A DNA stretch of 58,793 nt from Bacteroidales bacterium UBA3816 (GCA_002368955.1 DFDY01000125.1:20049-78841); one strand, 5' to 3'. Positions 42,036-54,664 are shown, counted from the first letter of the stretch. Program-made: numbers and translations. The notes: generated by a model from the letters alone, not told the origin.

Positions 42036-42779
42036 TTACAGCAGGAAGGTTATGTCGTCATCCAGGCCGTACTCTTTGGTGTTCTCCATCTTGGTCTTGA
42101 AGACCTTCATCTTGTTGGGTTTGCCAATGAGGGAGAGTTTGCCGTCCTCAAGCAGCAGTGCGGTAGCTTCGCGGATGGCGGCCACGGTGGCCTTGGGGTT
42201 GACCATGATATACTCTTTCAAGCGGTCGTCACGGGTCTCGCCGCCGTGTTTGGGGTCGAAGAAATCAGTGTAGTGGGGGTTGATTTGGAAGGGAACAAGA
42301 CCCATGCAGTCGAACGAGTCGGGCATGACGATAGGCATGTCGTTGGTGGTGCAGAGGGTGGGACCAGCCACATTGCTGCCGGCACTCCATCCCATGTAGG
42401 GCATACCGTCGAAGGCGCGCTGGCGGATGGCCTGCATAAGGCCCGTGCGCTGCAGTTGGCGAACAAGGTGGAAGGTGTTGCCGCCACCCACGGCCACGCA
42501 GTCGGTGTCGTAAACCGCATTGATGGGCAATGCCTTGTGGTGCACGCTGGTGAGTTTCACGCCAAACTCGGCGTATACTTTGGCCACTTTGGCCTCGTAG
42601 GCATCATAGCTCTTGGTGAGGCCGCCTTCAGCCAGACTTACGCCGGCAAAGGGAACGAAAAGTACTTTTTTAACACTGTGCCGACGGCAAAAGTCGGCAA
42701 TCATGTCCTTGCACCAGCCGAGGTAGGCCTCGCCGCGCATGGTGCTGTTGCTGATAAGCAAGAGGTTTCTTTTATCCAT
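42036..42779 (-). CDS. pepE: Dipeptidase E (peptidase S51)
   Basis: LLLISNST...VLFVPFAG...VGGGNTFHL pattern. Confidence 0.8.
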   Translation of the reverse strand: MDKRNLLLISNSTMRGEAYLGWCKDMIADFCRRHSVKKVLFVPFAGVSLAEGGLTKSYDAYEAKVAKVYAEFGVKLTSVHHKALPINAVYDTDCVAVGGGNTFHLVRQLQRTGLMQAIRQRAFDGMPYMGWSAGSNVAGPTLCTTNDMPIVMPDSFDCMGLVPFQINPHYTDFFDPKHGGETRDDRLKEYIMVNPKATVAAIREATALLLEDGKLSLIGKPNKMKVFKTKMENTKEYGLDDDITFLL

Positions 42780-42797
42780 AGTGTTATTGTTTAGGAG

Positions 42798-44744
<1,947 letters not shown>

Positions 44745-44867
44745 TTATTGTAATTTTTTTCCGTTCAAAATAATTTGCAAAGATACGATTTTTTATTGAC
44801 ATAATGAGTACAAATCTATAAAAAAATATATTTTCTTTCTTTTAACGGTTGTTTTGTTTTTTATTCG

Positions 44868-44875
44868 TATATTTG
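44868..44875 (+). promoter_or_regulatory. -7 promoter box TATATTTG upstream of the DUF4835 gene
   Basis: TAnnTTTG 10 nt before ATG 44885. Confidence 0.55.
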
Positions 44876-44884
44876 CAAAAGAAT

Positions 44885-45817
44885 ATGTTTAAAAGATGTG
44901 TGGCCATACTGCTGGTAATCACACTCTTGGGCATTGCTCATGCCCAAGAGTTCAATTGTGCCGTGTCGGTCAATTACCAGAAATTACTCAACACGACTCA
45001 AGCCTTTGAGTCGACCGATAAGACTGTGTTCAACAATTTGAAGCAGGCCTTAGAGGACTTCATCAACAACCGTCGTTGGACCAATCTTGAGTTCGAGCAG
45101 CAAGAAAAAATCGACTGCTCCTTCAGCCTCATCCTCACCGAACGCTCCTCTGCCACCGATTTCAAAGGGCAAATCTCTTTCCAGATGCGGCGCCCGGTCT
45201 ACAATTCCACCTACACTACCGGCATGTTCAACTATATCGAGTCTGCCTCCGACTTCTCGTTTGTCTACAATGAAAGTCAGCCGCTCGACTTCGACGTAAA
45301 TACCTTCTTTGGCAATCTTTCCTCCGCAGTTTCCTACTATCTTTACATCATGCTGGGCATGTATTTCGACAGTTTTGCCCCCAATGGCGGCGAGCAGTTC
45401 TACGAGGTGGCCCGCACCATCTGTCAGACCGCTTCCTCCAACGACGGGCTCTACCGTGGATGGAAAGGCACCGAAAGCCAGAAGGCTCGCTACTGGTTCA
45501 TGGAGAACCACACAAACTCTGCCTACGCGGGCCTGCATAATGTCTACTACCTGTATCACCGCCTTGGGCTCGACATGATGACCAAGGACCAGCCCCAGGC
45601 ACGCCAGAACATCCTGGGGGCTCTCCAGACGTTGCAACAGGTGCACAAATCACGTCCCAACCTTCTCTCCGTCCAGCAGTTTGTCGATGTCAAGATCTCC
45701 GAGCTGGTGAGCATCTTTACGCCTGCCCCGGCCGACGAGCAGAAGCAGGTCTACGACATCATCAAGGACATCAGCCCCATCAACGTCACCAAATTGAAGA
45801 ATTTTAATCAGAAATAA
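44885..45817 (+). CDS. DUF4835 family protein (a family linked to the T9SS in some annotations)
   Basis: Start moved to ATG 44885 (MFKRCVAILL...). Signal peptide; EFNCAVSVNYQK...DFINNRRWT pattern. Confidence 0.7.
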   Translation: MFKRCVAILLVITLLGIAHAQEFNCAVSVNYQKLLNTTQAFESTDKTVFNNLKQALEDFINNRRWTNLEFEQQEKIDCSFSLILTERSSATDFKGQISFQMRRPVYNSTYTTGMFNYIESASDFSFVYNESQPLDFDVNTFFGNLSSAVSYYLYIMLGMYFDSFAPNGGEQFYEVARTICQTASSNDGLYRGWKGTESQKARYWFMENHTNSAYAGLHNVYYLYHRLGLDMMTKDQPQARQNILGALQTLQQVHKSRPNLLSVQQFVDVKISELVSIFTPAPADEQKQVYDIIKDISPINVTKLKNFNQK

Positions 45818-45841
45818 CAAACTCTTAAAATTAAACATCAT

Positions 45842-47158
45842 ATGACTCAAATTCCCATACAGAAAGAGGTAATCGATAGGATTGCCCAACAGAACAAAAT
45901 AGCCAACCCCGGCAAGGCATCCATCCGCGAGATGCGCAAGATGATTCAGGACGTTGAAAAGGAAACTGATGTCCGCTTTGTGAAGATGGAGATGGGCATC
46001 CCCGGCCTCCCTGCCCCGCAGGTTGGTGTTGAGGCCCAGATTGAGGCCCTGCGCAACGGCGTGGCCAGCATCTATCCCGAAATCTACGGCACCGCCGACT
46101 TCAAGAAAGAGGCCGCCCGCTTTGTGAAGAACTTCCTCGACATCGACGTCACCCCCGACTGCTGCGTGCCCACCGTGGGTTCCATGCAGGCAGGCTTTGC
46201 CAGCTTCCTCACCCTCACCCGCTACGATGCCAAGAAGACCAAGGTCCTCTTCATCGACCCCGGTTTCCCCGTCCAGAAACAGCAATGCCGTGTCCTTGGC
46301 ATCCCCATGAAGACCTTCGATGTATACGAATACCGCGGCGATGCCCTGCGCACCAAACTAGAAGAAGAACTGAAGGACGGCGACGTGGCCTGCCTCATCT
46401 ACAGCAGCCCCAACAACCCCGCTTGGTTCTGCTTCACCGAACATGAACTTCAAATCATTGGCGAGATGGCCAACAAATATGGCGTGGTGGTCCTCGAAGA
46501 CGATGCCTATTTCCTCATGGACTTCCGCAAGGACTACAGCGTCCCCGGCAAGGCCCCGTTCCAGCCCACCGTGGCCAAGTATACCGACCGTTACGTGCTG
46601 ATGATTTCCGGCTCCAAGAGCTTCAGCTATGCCGGTGAGCGTATCGCCATGATGATTTGCAGCCCCAAACTGTTCAATATGGAGTGCCCCGACCTGGCCC
46701 GCTTCTACAGCCAGACGCAACTCGGCCGCGCCCTCATTTTCGGCACCCTCTACTGCCTCAGCTCCGGCACCGCCCACAGCGTACAGTACGCCATGGCCGC
46801 CATGCTCAAAGGGGCCAACGACGGCACATTCAACTTCGTCAAAGACATCAAGGAGTACGGTGAGAAGGCCAGCGTGATGAAGAAACTCTTTACCAATAAC
46901 GGCTTCTACATCGTCTACGACAAAGATATGGGCGAAGACATCGGCGACGGCTTCTACTTCACTTTCTGCTATCCTGGCTTCGGCGGCGTCGACCTGCTCA
47001 ATGAGCTCATCCGCTATGGCATCAGCGCCATCGCACTTGACATTACCGGCAGCCACAAACAGGGCATCCGCGCCTGCGTGGCCCTGGTGCAGCGCGACCA
47101 GTTCCCCGATCTCAAGGCCCGTCTGGAGAAATTCCACGCCGACCATCCTGTGAAGTAA
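45842..47158 (+). CDS. Pyridoxal-phosphate-dependent aminotransferase (class I/II fold)
   Basis: 438-aa ORF with NNPAW and SGSKSFSYAGERI (PLP-lysine region) motifs. Confidence 0.8.
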   Translation: MTQIPIQKEVIDRIAQQNKIANPGKASIREMRKMIQDVEKETDVRFVKMEMGIPGLPAPQVGVEAQIEALRNGVASIYPEIYGTADFKKEAARFVKNFLDIDVTPDCCVPTVGSMQAGFASFLTLTRYDAKKTKVLFIDPGFPVQKQQCRVLGIPMKTFDVYEYRGDALRTKLEEELKDGDVACLIYSSPNNPAWFCFTEHELQIIGEMANKYGVVVLEDDAYFLMDFRKDYSVPGKAPFQPTVAKYTDRYVLMISGSKSFSYAGERIAMMICSPKLFNMECPDLARFYSQTQLGRALIFGTLYCLSSGTAHSVQYAMAAMLKGANDGTFNFVKDIKEYGEKASVMKKLFTNNGFYIVYDKDMGEDIGDGFYFTFCYPGFGGVDLLNELIRYGISAIALDITGSHKQGIRACVALVQRDQFPDLKARLEKFHADHPVK

Positions 47159-47175
47159 TGCCCCTCGCATAAGTC

Positions 47176-47222
47176 AAAAAAAAGATAGCCGAGACCCAAG
47201 AGGTCCCGGCTATCTTTTTTGC
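47176..47222. terminator. Bidirectional terminator
   Basis: A8-AGATAGCCGAGACC-CAAGA-GGTCCCGGCTATCT-T6 between convergent genes. Confidence 0.8.
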
Positions 47223-47303
47223 TTTGAAAATAGTGCAACAATGAGGTTTCAAGGAAAACTGCTGTACTATTGGAGGTCTGCAAAACTTCGGTCTGCCCTT
47301 TCC

Positions 47304-48239
47304 CTATTGCTTTTGCAGCCATTCTTTGACGTGGTCGAACACGATGTCGGCGCGGATGTCGAAAGCCTCGCGCGAAGCGTAGCCGATATGTGGCACGCAG
47401 ACGCAGTTGGGGGCGTTCAGCAGCGGGTGATTCTGAGGCAGGGGCGGCTCGTTCTCATACACGTCGAATCCGGCTCCCAGCAGTTGCCCGTTGTTTAGTG
47501 CGGCGGCAACGGCGTCTATGTCGCACACATTGCCCCGTGCGGTGTTGATGAGCAGGGCGGTTTTCTTCATCAGTTTCAGTTCCTTGGCTCCAATTAGGTG
47601 ATGGGTCTCGGCGTTGAGCGGAACATGCAGGGTGACGATGTCGCTCTCCTGCAGCAGCTGTTCCAGGCTGACGTATGTGGCCCCGAGTTCCTTCACCTCT
47701 GGGTGCTCGCTGCGGTTGTAGGCCAGCACCTGGCAGCCGAAGGCCTTCAGCAGGCGGACGACCGCGGTGCCAATGGCACCGGTGCCTACCACGCCTACGG
47801 TCTTGCCTTTCAGTTCGCGACCCAGATACGAGCCACGACCTTCGCCTCTGCGGATGGCGCCGTCAAAGCGGGTCACCTGCCGCAGCAGGTCGAGCATCAG
47901 ACCTACGGCCAGTTCGCTCACTGCCGTGGTGGAATATCCGGCGGCATTCTGCACGGCGATGTTGTGCTCCTTGCAATAGGACAAGTCTATGTGGTCCAGT
48001 CCCGTAAAGGCCACCGAAAGATATTGCAGCCGCGGGCATTGTTTCAGTACGTCGGCAGGCAACTTGATGTTGGAAATGACGGCCACCTCGGCCTCGCGCA
48101 GGCGGGCGGCTAGTGTCTCGGCGTCCTCCTTGCGGTCCATATAGTAGTCGAAGGCGTGGCCGTGGGCGGCAAATTCCTTCTTCAGTTCTTCGAAATGCTC
48201 CTGGCTTATGCCCAGAGGCTCTACACAAGTAATTTTCAT
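47304..48239 (-). CDS. D-isomer-specific 2-hydroxyacid dehydrogenase (glycerate dehydrogenase-like)
   Basis: Start moved to ATG 48239 (MKITCVEPLG...). GVVGTGAIGTAV NAD-binding loop; NTARG and HIGYAS motifs. The upstream part of the track ORF is Arg/Gly-rich junk overlapping the next gene. Confidence 0.85.
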   Translation of the reverse strand: MKITCVEPLGISQEHFEELKKEFAAHGHAFDYYMDRKEDAETLAARLREAEVAVISNIKLPADVLKQCPRLQYLSVAFTGLDHIDLSYCKEHNIAVQNAAGYSTTAVSELAVGLMLDLLRQVTRFDGAIRRGEGRGSYLGRELKGKTVGVVGTGAIGTAVVRLLKAFGCQVLAYNRSEHPEVKELGATYVSLEQLLQESDIVTLHVPLNAETHHLIGAKELKLMKKTALLINTARGNVCDIDAVAAALNNGQLLGAGFDVYENEPPLPQNHPLLNAPNCVCVPHIGYASREAFDIRADIVFDHVKEWLQKQ

Positions 48240-48250
48240 GATGTTTAATG

Positions 48251-48817
48251 TTATTTCTTCTTTTTTACGCTGAAGCCAAAGCTGCCCAGTTTCTCGCCCA
48301 AGCCGTAGTACTTGCCGTGCGAATAGGCCAGGGGTTTGGCGTGGTTCAGTTGGAAGGCTCCGGTGCCTTTGTCTATCAGTTTCTCTTCGGCGTTGACGGC
48401 CACCACGTTGGCCAGAAACATGTCGTGGCTGCCCAGCGGGCGTATGTCCACCACGCGGCATTCTATGTTCAGCGGGCTTTCGGCAATCAGCGGAGCCTGC
48501 ACCACCTGCCCCTTCTCGGGCGTGAGGTGCATCTCCTTGAACTTGTCGAAGTCGCGGCCGCTGCGCACGCCGCACCAGTCCGTGGCTCGGGCCAACTCCT
48601 CGGTGGTCAGGTTGATGACGAACTCGCCTGTGCGCTTGATAATCTCATACGAGTGACGTTCGTGCCGCACCGATATATAGCACATGGGCGGGTCGCTGCA
48701 AACCGTGCCCGTCCATGCAATGGTCAGTATGTTGTAGTTCTCCGGCCGGTCGCCGCAGCTGACCATCACAGCCGGCAGCGGATAGATGAGGGTTCCGGGT
48801 TTGAAAGGAACTTTCAT
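48251..48817 (-). CDS. Flavin reductase-like FMN-binding protein
   Basis: YPLPAVMVSCG...NILTIAWTG pattern; 188 aa. Confidence 0.75.
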   Translation of the reverse strand: MKVPFKPGTLIYPLPAVMVSCGDRPENYNILTIAWTGTVCSDPPMCYISVRHERHSYEIIKRTGEFVINLTTEELARATDWCGVRSGRDFDKFKEMHLTPEKGQVVQAPLIAESPLNIECRVVDIRPLGSHDMFLANVVAVNAEEKLIDKGTGAFQLNHAKPLAYSHGKYYGLGEKLGSFGFSVKKKK

Positions 48818-48823
48818 GGGCCG

Positions 48824-50284
48824 TTATTCTTTGAATCTCTTCTCCAGTTCGTCAATCCAGTAGCGGAACTGCTTGTCGGTCTCGGCCAGGTTGGCCACCG
48901 TCTTGCAGGCGTGCAGCACTGTGGCGTGGTCCTTGTTGCCGCACTGCAGGCCTATGATGGCCAGCGACGACTTGGTCATCTTTTTGGCAAAATACATAGT
49001 CAGCTGGCGGGCCTGCACAATCTCACGTTTGCGGGTTCGCGACTGGATGCTGTCGATGGGGATGTTGAAATAGTCGCACACCACTTTCTGTATGTAGTCG
49101 ATGGTCACTTCGCGGTTGGTGCTCTTGACAAACTTGTCCACCATCTGGCGGGCCAGGTCGAGGGTGATGTCGCGGCGGTTCAGCGATGATTGCGCCATCA
49201 GCGAAATCAGTGCCCCTTCCAGTTCGCGCACGTTCGTATTGATATTGTAGGCAATGTATTCAATCACATCCTCGGGCATTTCCACGCCGTCGTTGGCCAG
49301 TTTCTGCTTCAATATCTTCATGCGGGTCTCCACATCGGGCGGCAGCAACTCAGCGGCCAGGCCCCATTTCAGTCTCGAAGTGAGGCGGGTTTCCAGCCCC
49401 TGCAGCTCGCTGGGGGCTTTGTCGCTGGTGATAATCAGCTGTTTGCCGGCCTGGTGCAGGGTGTTGAAGATGTGGAAGAAAGCCTCCTGGGTGCGGGTGG
49501 CCTTGTTGGCCCAGAACTGTATGTCGTCCACAATCAGCACGTCCACCATCTCGTAGAAGTGCACAAAGTCGCTCGTGGTGCCGTTGCGGCCGGCGTCCTG
49601 ATACTGCTGCATGAACTGCTCCGAGGTCACGTAGAGGACTATCTTTTCGGGGTGAAGCTCCTTGGTCTTCAGTCCGATGGCATTGGCCAGATGGGTCTTT
49701 CCCAAGCCTACGCCGCCGTGGAGCATCAGGGGGTTGAAGGCCGTCTTGCCGGGGTTCTCGGCCACGGCATAACCGGCTGCGCGGGCCAGGCGGTTGCATT
49801 CGCCCTCCACAAAGTTGGTCAGCGTGTAGGACGAGCTCAGCTGCGAGTTGATGCGCACTTTCTGTATGCCCGGAATGACGAAGGGGTTGGGAAACTCGCG
49901 GCTCTCCTCGCGGTTGAGGTTCATGGGCACCTCAGTGGCGCGGTTGACGGTCGACTGCCGGCCCGACGAGGGGATGCGGGTGGTGATGGGCGACTCGGAG
50001 ATACTCGTGTCCATTACTATACTATATTGTAGGCAGGCGTTGGGACCCAGCGTCAGGCGGATGGCGTCCTTCAGCAGGTCGGCATAGTTCTGCTCCAGCC
50101 ACTCGAAGAAGAACTGGCTCGGCACTTGAATGATCAGGGTCGTCCCGTCCAGTTTCACTGGCACGATAGGCTCAAACCAGGTGCTGAACACCTTTTCGTT
50201 CTCCTTGCCTGCCAGGTTGTCCTTGATAAAGCTCAGGCACTCTTCCCACACTCTCTGATAATCTTTCTCCATATATCTTTTCAA
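48824..50284 (-). CDS. dnaA: Chromosomal replication initiator protein DnaA
   Basis: GGVGLGKTHL Walker A, LIVDDIQF, the C-terminal DNA-binding box KDHATVLHA, and the N-terminus VWEECLSFIKD. Confidence 0.95.
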   Translation of the reverse strand: MKRYMEKDYQRVWEECLSFIKDNLAGKENEKVFSTWFEPIVPVKLDGTTLIIQVPSQFFFEWLEQNYADLLKDAIRLTLGPNACLQYSIVMDTSISESPITTRIPSSGRQSTVNRATEVPMNLNREESREFPNPFVIPGIQKVRINSQLSSSYTLTNFVEGECNRLARAAGYAVAENPGKTAFNPLMLHGGVGLGKTHLANAIGLKTKELHPEKIVLYVTSEQFMQQYQDAGRNGTTSDFVHFYEMVDVLIVDDIQFWANKATRTQEAFFHIFNTLHQAGKQLIITSDKAPSELQGLETRLTSRLKWGLAAELLPPDVETRMKILKQKLANDGVEMPEDVIEYIAYNINTNVRELEGALISLMAQSSLNRRDITLDLARQMVDKFVKSTNREVTIDYIQKVVCDYFNIPIDSIQSRTRKREIVQARQLTMYFAKKMTKSSLAIIGLQCGNKDHATVLHACKTVANLAETDKQFRYWIDELEKRFKE

Positions 50285-51000
50285 TCTTTTGTTTGCTGTT
50301 TTTGCATTACTTATGGAACTTGGCTGTCCATCTGTTTACGATGCAAAGTTGCAACATTTTTGTCACCTATCTGTGCGTAAAAATATTTTGCATATATCAA
50401 TTTTTTTTTGTAAAGCACTTTACTGTTTTCCCACCCCTTTCCCCTCGCCCAATCCCCAAAAAACTGAAAAATAACCCCTTTAATTTTTCTTCTATTTTTT
50501 TCGCCCCCGTAATATACGATTTTTCTTCCAAATTGGGAGTTTTTTTTCTATTTTTTTTGCTTTTTTCGCCTTTTCTGTTCATATCTCTCACAACTTACTG
50601 AAAGCGAATTTTGTATTTGTTGAAAACCTTGCAAGTGGTTTGATTGCAGTGGGTTGCTTATAATTGTCTGATTTTCAAAAAGGAGTCTGGAAGGCCGTTT
50701 TTTCTAAATGGTTCGTTTGCAAACGAATGGTTTTTTATCCACATTTGGCGGTTGACAATTTTATTTTCTCCACCCTCCTTTCCCCATTAGAAAAAATGGC
50801 AAATTTTATTGTTTTTTCCCCCTCCGCCGACCTTTCCTCCTCATTGGCAGCATTTACCGTTTTTCTCAGTCCGAATTTTGTCCGATTGCTGTTTTTTCTC
50901 AGCCCATATTTAACATTCTAGGCTACCTCTTTTTTTCATTTCTTTCCAACTGGAAGAATGTGAATGCAGTAATTGTGCGTATTTACTCAGACTGAATATA
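50285..51000. other. Candidate oriC / DNA-unwinding region upstream of dnaA
   Basis: Long T/A-rich tracts (50395-50580), one perfect DnaA box, and gene orientation diverging from this gap. Only one perfect box was found by eye. Confidence 0.4.
50735..50743 (+). promoter_or_regulatory. Perfect DnaA box TTATCCACA
   Basis: Exact 9-mer in the dnaA upstream intergenic region. Confidence 0.6.
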
Positions 51001-51492
51001 AAGCACTATTTCATAACAATTTATTCGCTCCCCACCCAATAGGGTAGCGTGTGGGAATCGGCTCGCTTTTGGGTGGGGAGCGTGTCGGTAGTGGGGCCGA
51101 CTCGGATTAAGGCTGTTTTCTATTTGCCGTGCGGCCTACAGAGGGCTGTCGCTGAGGGACCTTCGGCACGGATTGTCGGCGCAATGAACTCAAACCACTA
51201 CAGGTCATTAGACCGACACTTGGTCATAAAGTCTTCATTTCAAGGTGTATTTATGCCATGTCAGCAGTTCTTTCAGCGTCTTGGCTACCTCCCTGTCTTG
51301 GTGTGGTTCGCTACGCCTGCGACGGTGAAGCTGCCCATCTGCTCGAAACAAATACTAATCTGACACAAATTCTAACGACCTATTTGGGTTAAATGGTGGG
51401 ACAAAGTGGTGTATTACAACAGGGTAGTGGAGGCGGGCGACGGAAAGGGATTTTTTTTTATTGAAAAATGTATATATTATAAAAAAATTGAG

Positions 51493-51500
51493 TACCTTTG
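51493..51500 (+). promoter_or_regulatory. -7 promoter box TACCTTTG upstream of serC
   Basis: TAnnTTTG about 60 nt before ATG 51563. Confidence 0.55.
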
Positions 51501-51562
51501 CAACCGATTTCGAACTGAAAAAAAGAACAAAAAACATTATAAATAACTTAAACTCAAATCAA

Positions 51563-52666
51563 ATGAACAAAGCACATAATTTTAATGCAGGTCCTTGCCC
51601 CCTGCCTAAAGAGGCTGTCGAATCCACTATCGCAGCTATCCGCAACTTCGACAACACCGGAGTTGGCCTGATGGAAATCTCTCACCGTACCCCCGGTTGG
51701 GAGCGTGTAATGGCTGAGACCCGTCAGCTCTGGCGCGACCTTATGAACATTCCTGAGGAGTATGAGATTCTCTTCCTCGGCGGCGGTGCCAGCACCCTGT
51801 TCCTCGATATTCCCGCCAACTTCCTCAACAAGAAGGCTGCCTACCTGCAGACCGGTGTTTGGGCCAAGAAGGCCGTGAAGGAAGCCAAGCTCTTCGGACC
51901 CGTCGACGTGGTTGCCTCCAGCGAGGACAAGACCTACAGCTACATCCCCAAGAACTACACCATCCCCACCGATGCCGACTACTTCCACATCACTACCAAC
52001 AACACTATCTATGGTACCGAGATCAAGTACGACATTGACAGCCCCGTGAAGCTGATTGCCGACATGAGCTCCGACATCATGAGCCGTCCCGTCGACGTGA
52101 CCAAGTATGCTTGCATCTATGGTGGTGCCCAGAAGAACGTGGGTCCTGCCGGTGTCACCTTCGTCATCGTTCGCAAAGACCTCCTCGGCCAGATTACCGA
52201 CCGTCAGTACATGAACCCCCTGCCCACCATGGTGGACTTCCGCACCCATGCCGCTGCCGAGGCCAAGAACATCTCCATGTTCAACACTCCTCCCGTGCTC
52301 CCCATCTTCGTCATGCACGAGACCCTGAAGTGGGTGAAGTACACCGTTGGCGGTCTGGATATGATGAACGCCTACAACACCAAGAAATCCAACATGCTCT
52401 ATGAGGAAATCGACCGCAACAGCCTCTTCCGCGGCACCGCTGAGAAGGAAGACCGTTCCATCATGAACCACTGCTTCGTCATGGCTGAGGGTCGCGAGAA
52501 CCTTCAGGACGAGTTCATGGCCTTCGCCAAGGAGCGTCAGATGGTCGGCATCAAGGGCCACCGCAGCGTTGGTGGTTTCCGCGCCTCCCTCTACAACGCC
52601 GTCACCATCGAGGACGTCGAGGCTCTCATCCAGTGCATGCAGGACTTCGAGAAACTCCACAAGTAA
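51563..52666 (+). CDS. serC: Phosphoserine aminotransferase
   Basis: Start moved to ATG 51563 ([15 protein letters not shown]...). [14 protein letters not shown]-lysine motif. Confidence 0.9.
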   Translation: MNKAHNFNAGPCPLPKEAVESTIAAIRNFDNTGVGLMEISHRTPGWERVMAETRQLWRDLMNIPEEYEILFLGGGASTLFLDIPANFLNKKAAYLQTGVWAKKAVKEAKLFGPVDVVASSEDKTYSYIPKNYTIPTDADYFHITTNNTIYGTEIKYDIDSPVKLIADMSSDIMSRPVDVTKYACIYGGAQKNVGPAGVTFVIVRKDLLGQITDRQYMNPLPTMVDFRTHAAAEAKNISMFNTPPVLPIFVMHETLKWVKYTVGGLDMMNAYNTKKSNMLYEEIDRNSLFRGTAEKEDRSIMNHCFVMAEGRENLQDEFMAFAKERQMVGIKGHRSVGGFRASLYNAVTIEDVEALIQCMQDFEKLHK

Positions 52667-52754
52667 GAATTAATTAACAACCCAAGACTCTCTAGGCTCC
52701 CGGGCTTTTCCGGTACCTAGAGGGTCTTCTATAAAAAAACAGAAAAAGACTATA

Positions 52755-53675
52755 ATGAAAGTTTTAGTTGCTACCGAAAAGCCTTTCGCAAAAGTTGCCG
52801 TTGACGGCATCCGCGAAGTTGTTGAGAAGAACGGCCACACCCTGGCTGTCCTCGAAAAATATACCTCTGTCGACCAGTTCTACGCTGCCGTTGCCGATGC
52901 CGACGCTCTCATCGTCCGCTCCGACAAGGTCACCAAGGAAGTGATTGACCACGCCAAGAACCTCAAGATTGTCGTCCGCGCCGGCGCTGGCTTCGACAAC
53001 CTCGACCTCGCCGCCTGCACCGCTCGCGGCATCATCGCCATGAACACCCCCGGCCAGAACAGCAATGCTGTTGCCGAGTTGGTCATGGGCCTGCTCGTCT
53101 TCGCCGTCCGTAATTTCTACAATGGCAAGTCTGGCTCCGAGCTCAAGGGCAAGAAACTGGGTATCCTCGCCTTCGGCAATGTGGGACGCAACGTGGCCCG
53201 TATCGCCAACGGCTTCGGCATGGAAGTCTATGCTTACGATGCATTCCTCACCGCCGACCAGATCAACCAGTCCGGCCTGGCCAAGGCTGTCGCCAACCAG
53301 GATGCTCTCTTCGAGACCTGCGACATCGTGTCCCTCCACATCCCCGCTACCGCCGAGACCAAGCAGAGCATCAACTACGCTCTGGTCAACAAGATGCACA
53401 AGGGTGGCATCCTGATCAACACCGCCCGTAAGGAAGTCATCAACGAGCCCGAACTGCTCAAGCTGATGGCCGAGCGCACCGACATCAAATACATCACCGA
53501 CATCATGCCCGATGCCGATGCCGAGTTCAAGGCTTTCGAAGGCCGCTACTTCGCCACGCCCAAAAAGATGGGTGCCCAGACCGAAGAGGCCAACATCAAC
53601 GCCGGTATTGCCGCCGCCAACCAGATCAGCGATTTCTTCGCTACTGGCAACACCCGTTTCCAGGTGAACAAATAA
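52755..53675 (+). CDS. serA: D-3-phosphoglycerate dehydrogenase (short form)
   Basis: 2-hydroxyacid dehydrogenase fold (ILAFGNVGRNVA, NTARKE) immediately downstream of serC. Confidence 0.8.
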   Translation: MKVLVATEKPFAKVAVDGIREVVEKNGHTLAVLEKYTSVDQFYAAVADADALIVRSDKVTKEVIDHAKNLKIVVRAGAGFDNLDLAACTARGIIAMNTPGQNSNAVAELVMGLLVFAVRNFYNGKSGSELKGKKLGILAFGNVGRNVARIANGFGMEVYAYDAFLTADQINQSGLAKAVANQDALFETCDIVSLHIPATAETKQSINYALVNKMHKGGILINTARKEVINEPELLKLMAERTDIKYITDIMPDADAEFKAFEGRYFATPKKMGAQTEEANINAGIAAANQISDFFATGNTRFQVNK

Positions 53676-53701
53676 TAATATTGTTTTTGCTCAATAGACA
53701 G

Positions 53702-53730
53702 AAAGGGGAGACGCAAGCCTCCCCTTTTTA
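53702..53730 (+). terminator. Rho-independent terminator after serA
   Basis: GGGGAG-ACGCAAGC-CTCCCC followed by T5. Confidence 0.75.
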
Positions 53731-53741
53731 CTTTCCTAGCC

Positions 53742-54653
53742 ATGATTTGCATCTTCAATCCCGAACACGACCTCTGCCTGGCCAACGGCAATCCCCATTA
53801 TATGCCGCCCGCCTCGGCCCTTCGTTTTGCACGGCAGAGTGCGGCGTTGATGCAAATACTTTACCCCGAAGCCGAGGCCTGCATCCCTGCGGCGGAGGTG
53901 GGCTCTATATCTTCAGGCCTATGGTCTCAGGTTGTCCCGTGGGGCTGGAATAGTGTCTTGAAGGGGCAACTCCTAGCCTGTGGCGTACCCGCTATTTGGC
54001 TTCCCTCTGACGACGACCTTTGCCGTTGGCGCAACCTGCAGCACCGCTCCACATGGCTTGCGTTGCAGCCCGACAGCCGCGCAGTCACCTCCGTTTCCCA
54101 GGTGCAAGCCCTCCTCGCTGTTCACTCCCAGCTGGTGCTGAAAGCCCCCTGGTCGGGTTCGGGCCGTGGAATCCGTTGGGTGACTGACGGAATGAACAAG
54201 CTTGATGTCAGCTGGCTGGAGAAGGTGGTGAGGCAACAAGGTTGTGCCATTGCCGAACCCCGCCGGCAGGTAGCCGAGGAATTTGCCCTCGAATATATGG
54301 TTTGGGCCGATAGGCTGGAGTTCAGGGGATTCTCTCTTTTTACCTCAGCCAATGGCGTATACCAGGGCAACCTGCTCCTGCCTGATGAGGCCATCCGTAG
54401 CCGTGTCCACTTCGCCCCCTCAGAGCAGCAAGAGCTGGAGATCTGGCTTCAAGCCCACCTCATTGGCCACTACCAAGGTCCCCTTGGCGTTGATTATCTC
54501 CACACCACAGACGGCCAGAACCACCTCAGCGAACTCAACCTCCGCCACACCATGGGCATGCTCGCCCACGCCTACCTTGCTCAGCATCCTGAGTCGCAAG
54601 GTGCCCTATTTGTGCCAACTGAGAATTGTTTTTTTCACCTTGTCAATGAGTGA
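53742..54653 (+). CDS. Conserved hypothetical protein, possibly ATP-grasp-like
   Basis: 303-aa ORF. LVLKAPWSGSGRGIRWV resembles the ATP-grasp phosphate-binding strand-loop. Function not recognised. Confidence 0.55.
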   Translation: MICIFNPEHDLCLANGNPHYMPPASALRFARQSAALMQILYPEAEACIPAAEVGSISSGLWSQVVPWGWNSVLKGQLLACGVPAIWLPSDDDLCRWRNLQHRSTWLALQPDSRAVTSVSQVQALLAVHSQLVLKAPWSGSGRGIRWVTDGMNKLDVSWLEKVVRQQGCAIAEPRRQVAEEFALEYMVWADRLEFRGFSLFTSANGVYQGNLLLPDEAIRSRVHFAPSEQQELEIWLQAHLIGHYQGPLGVDYLHTTDGQNHLSELNLRHTMGMLAHAYLAQHPESQGALFVPTENCFFHLVNE

Positions 54654-54664
54654 GCACCCTTTCC

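Noticed and set aside
51049-51363. 104-aa plus-strand ORF in the dnaA-serC gap.
   Set aside because: GTG start with no promoter box or recognisable motif, and it overlaps strong inverted repeats. Kept only as part of an unexplained noncoding segment.
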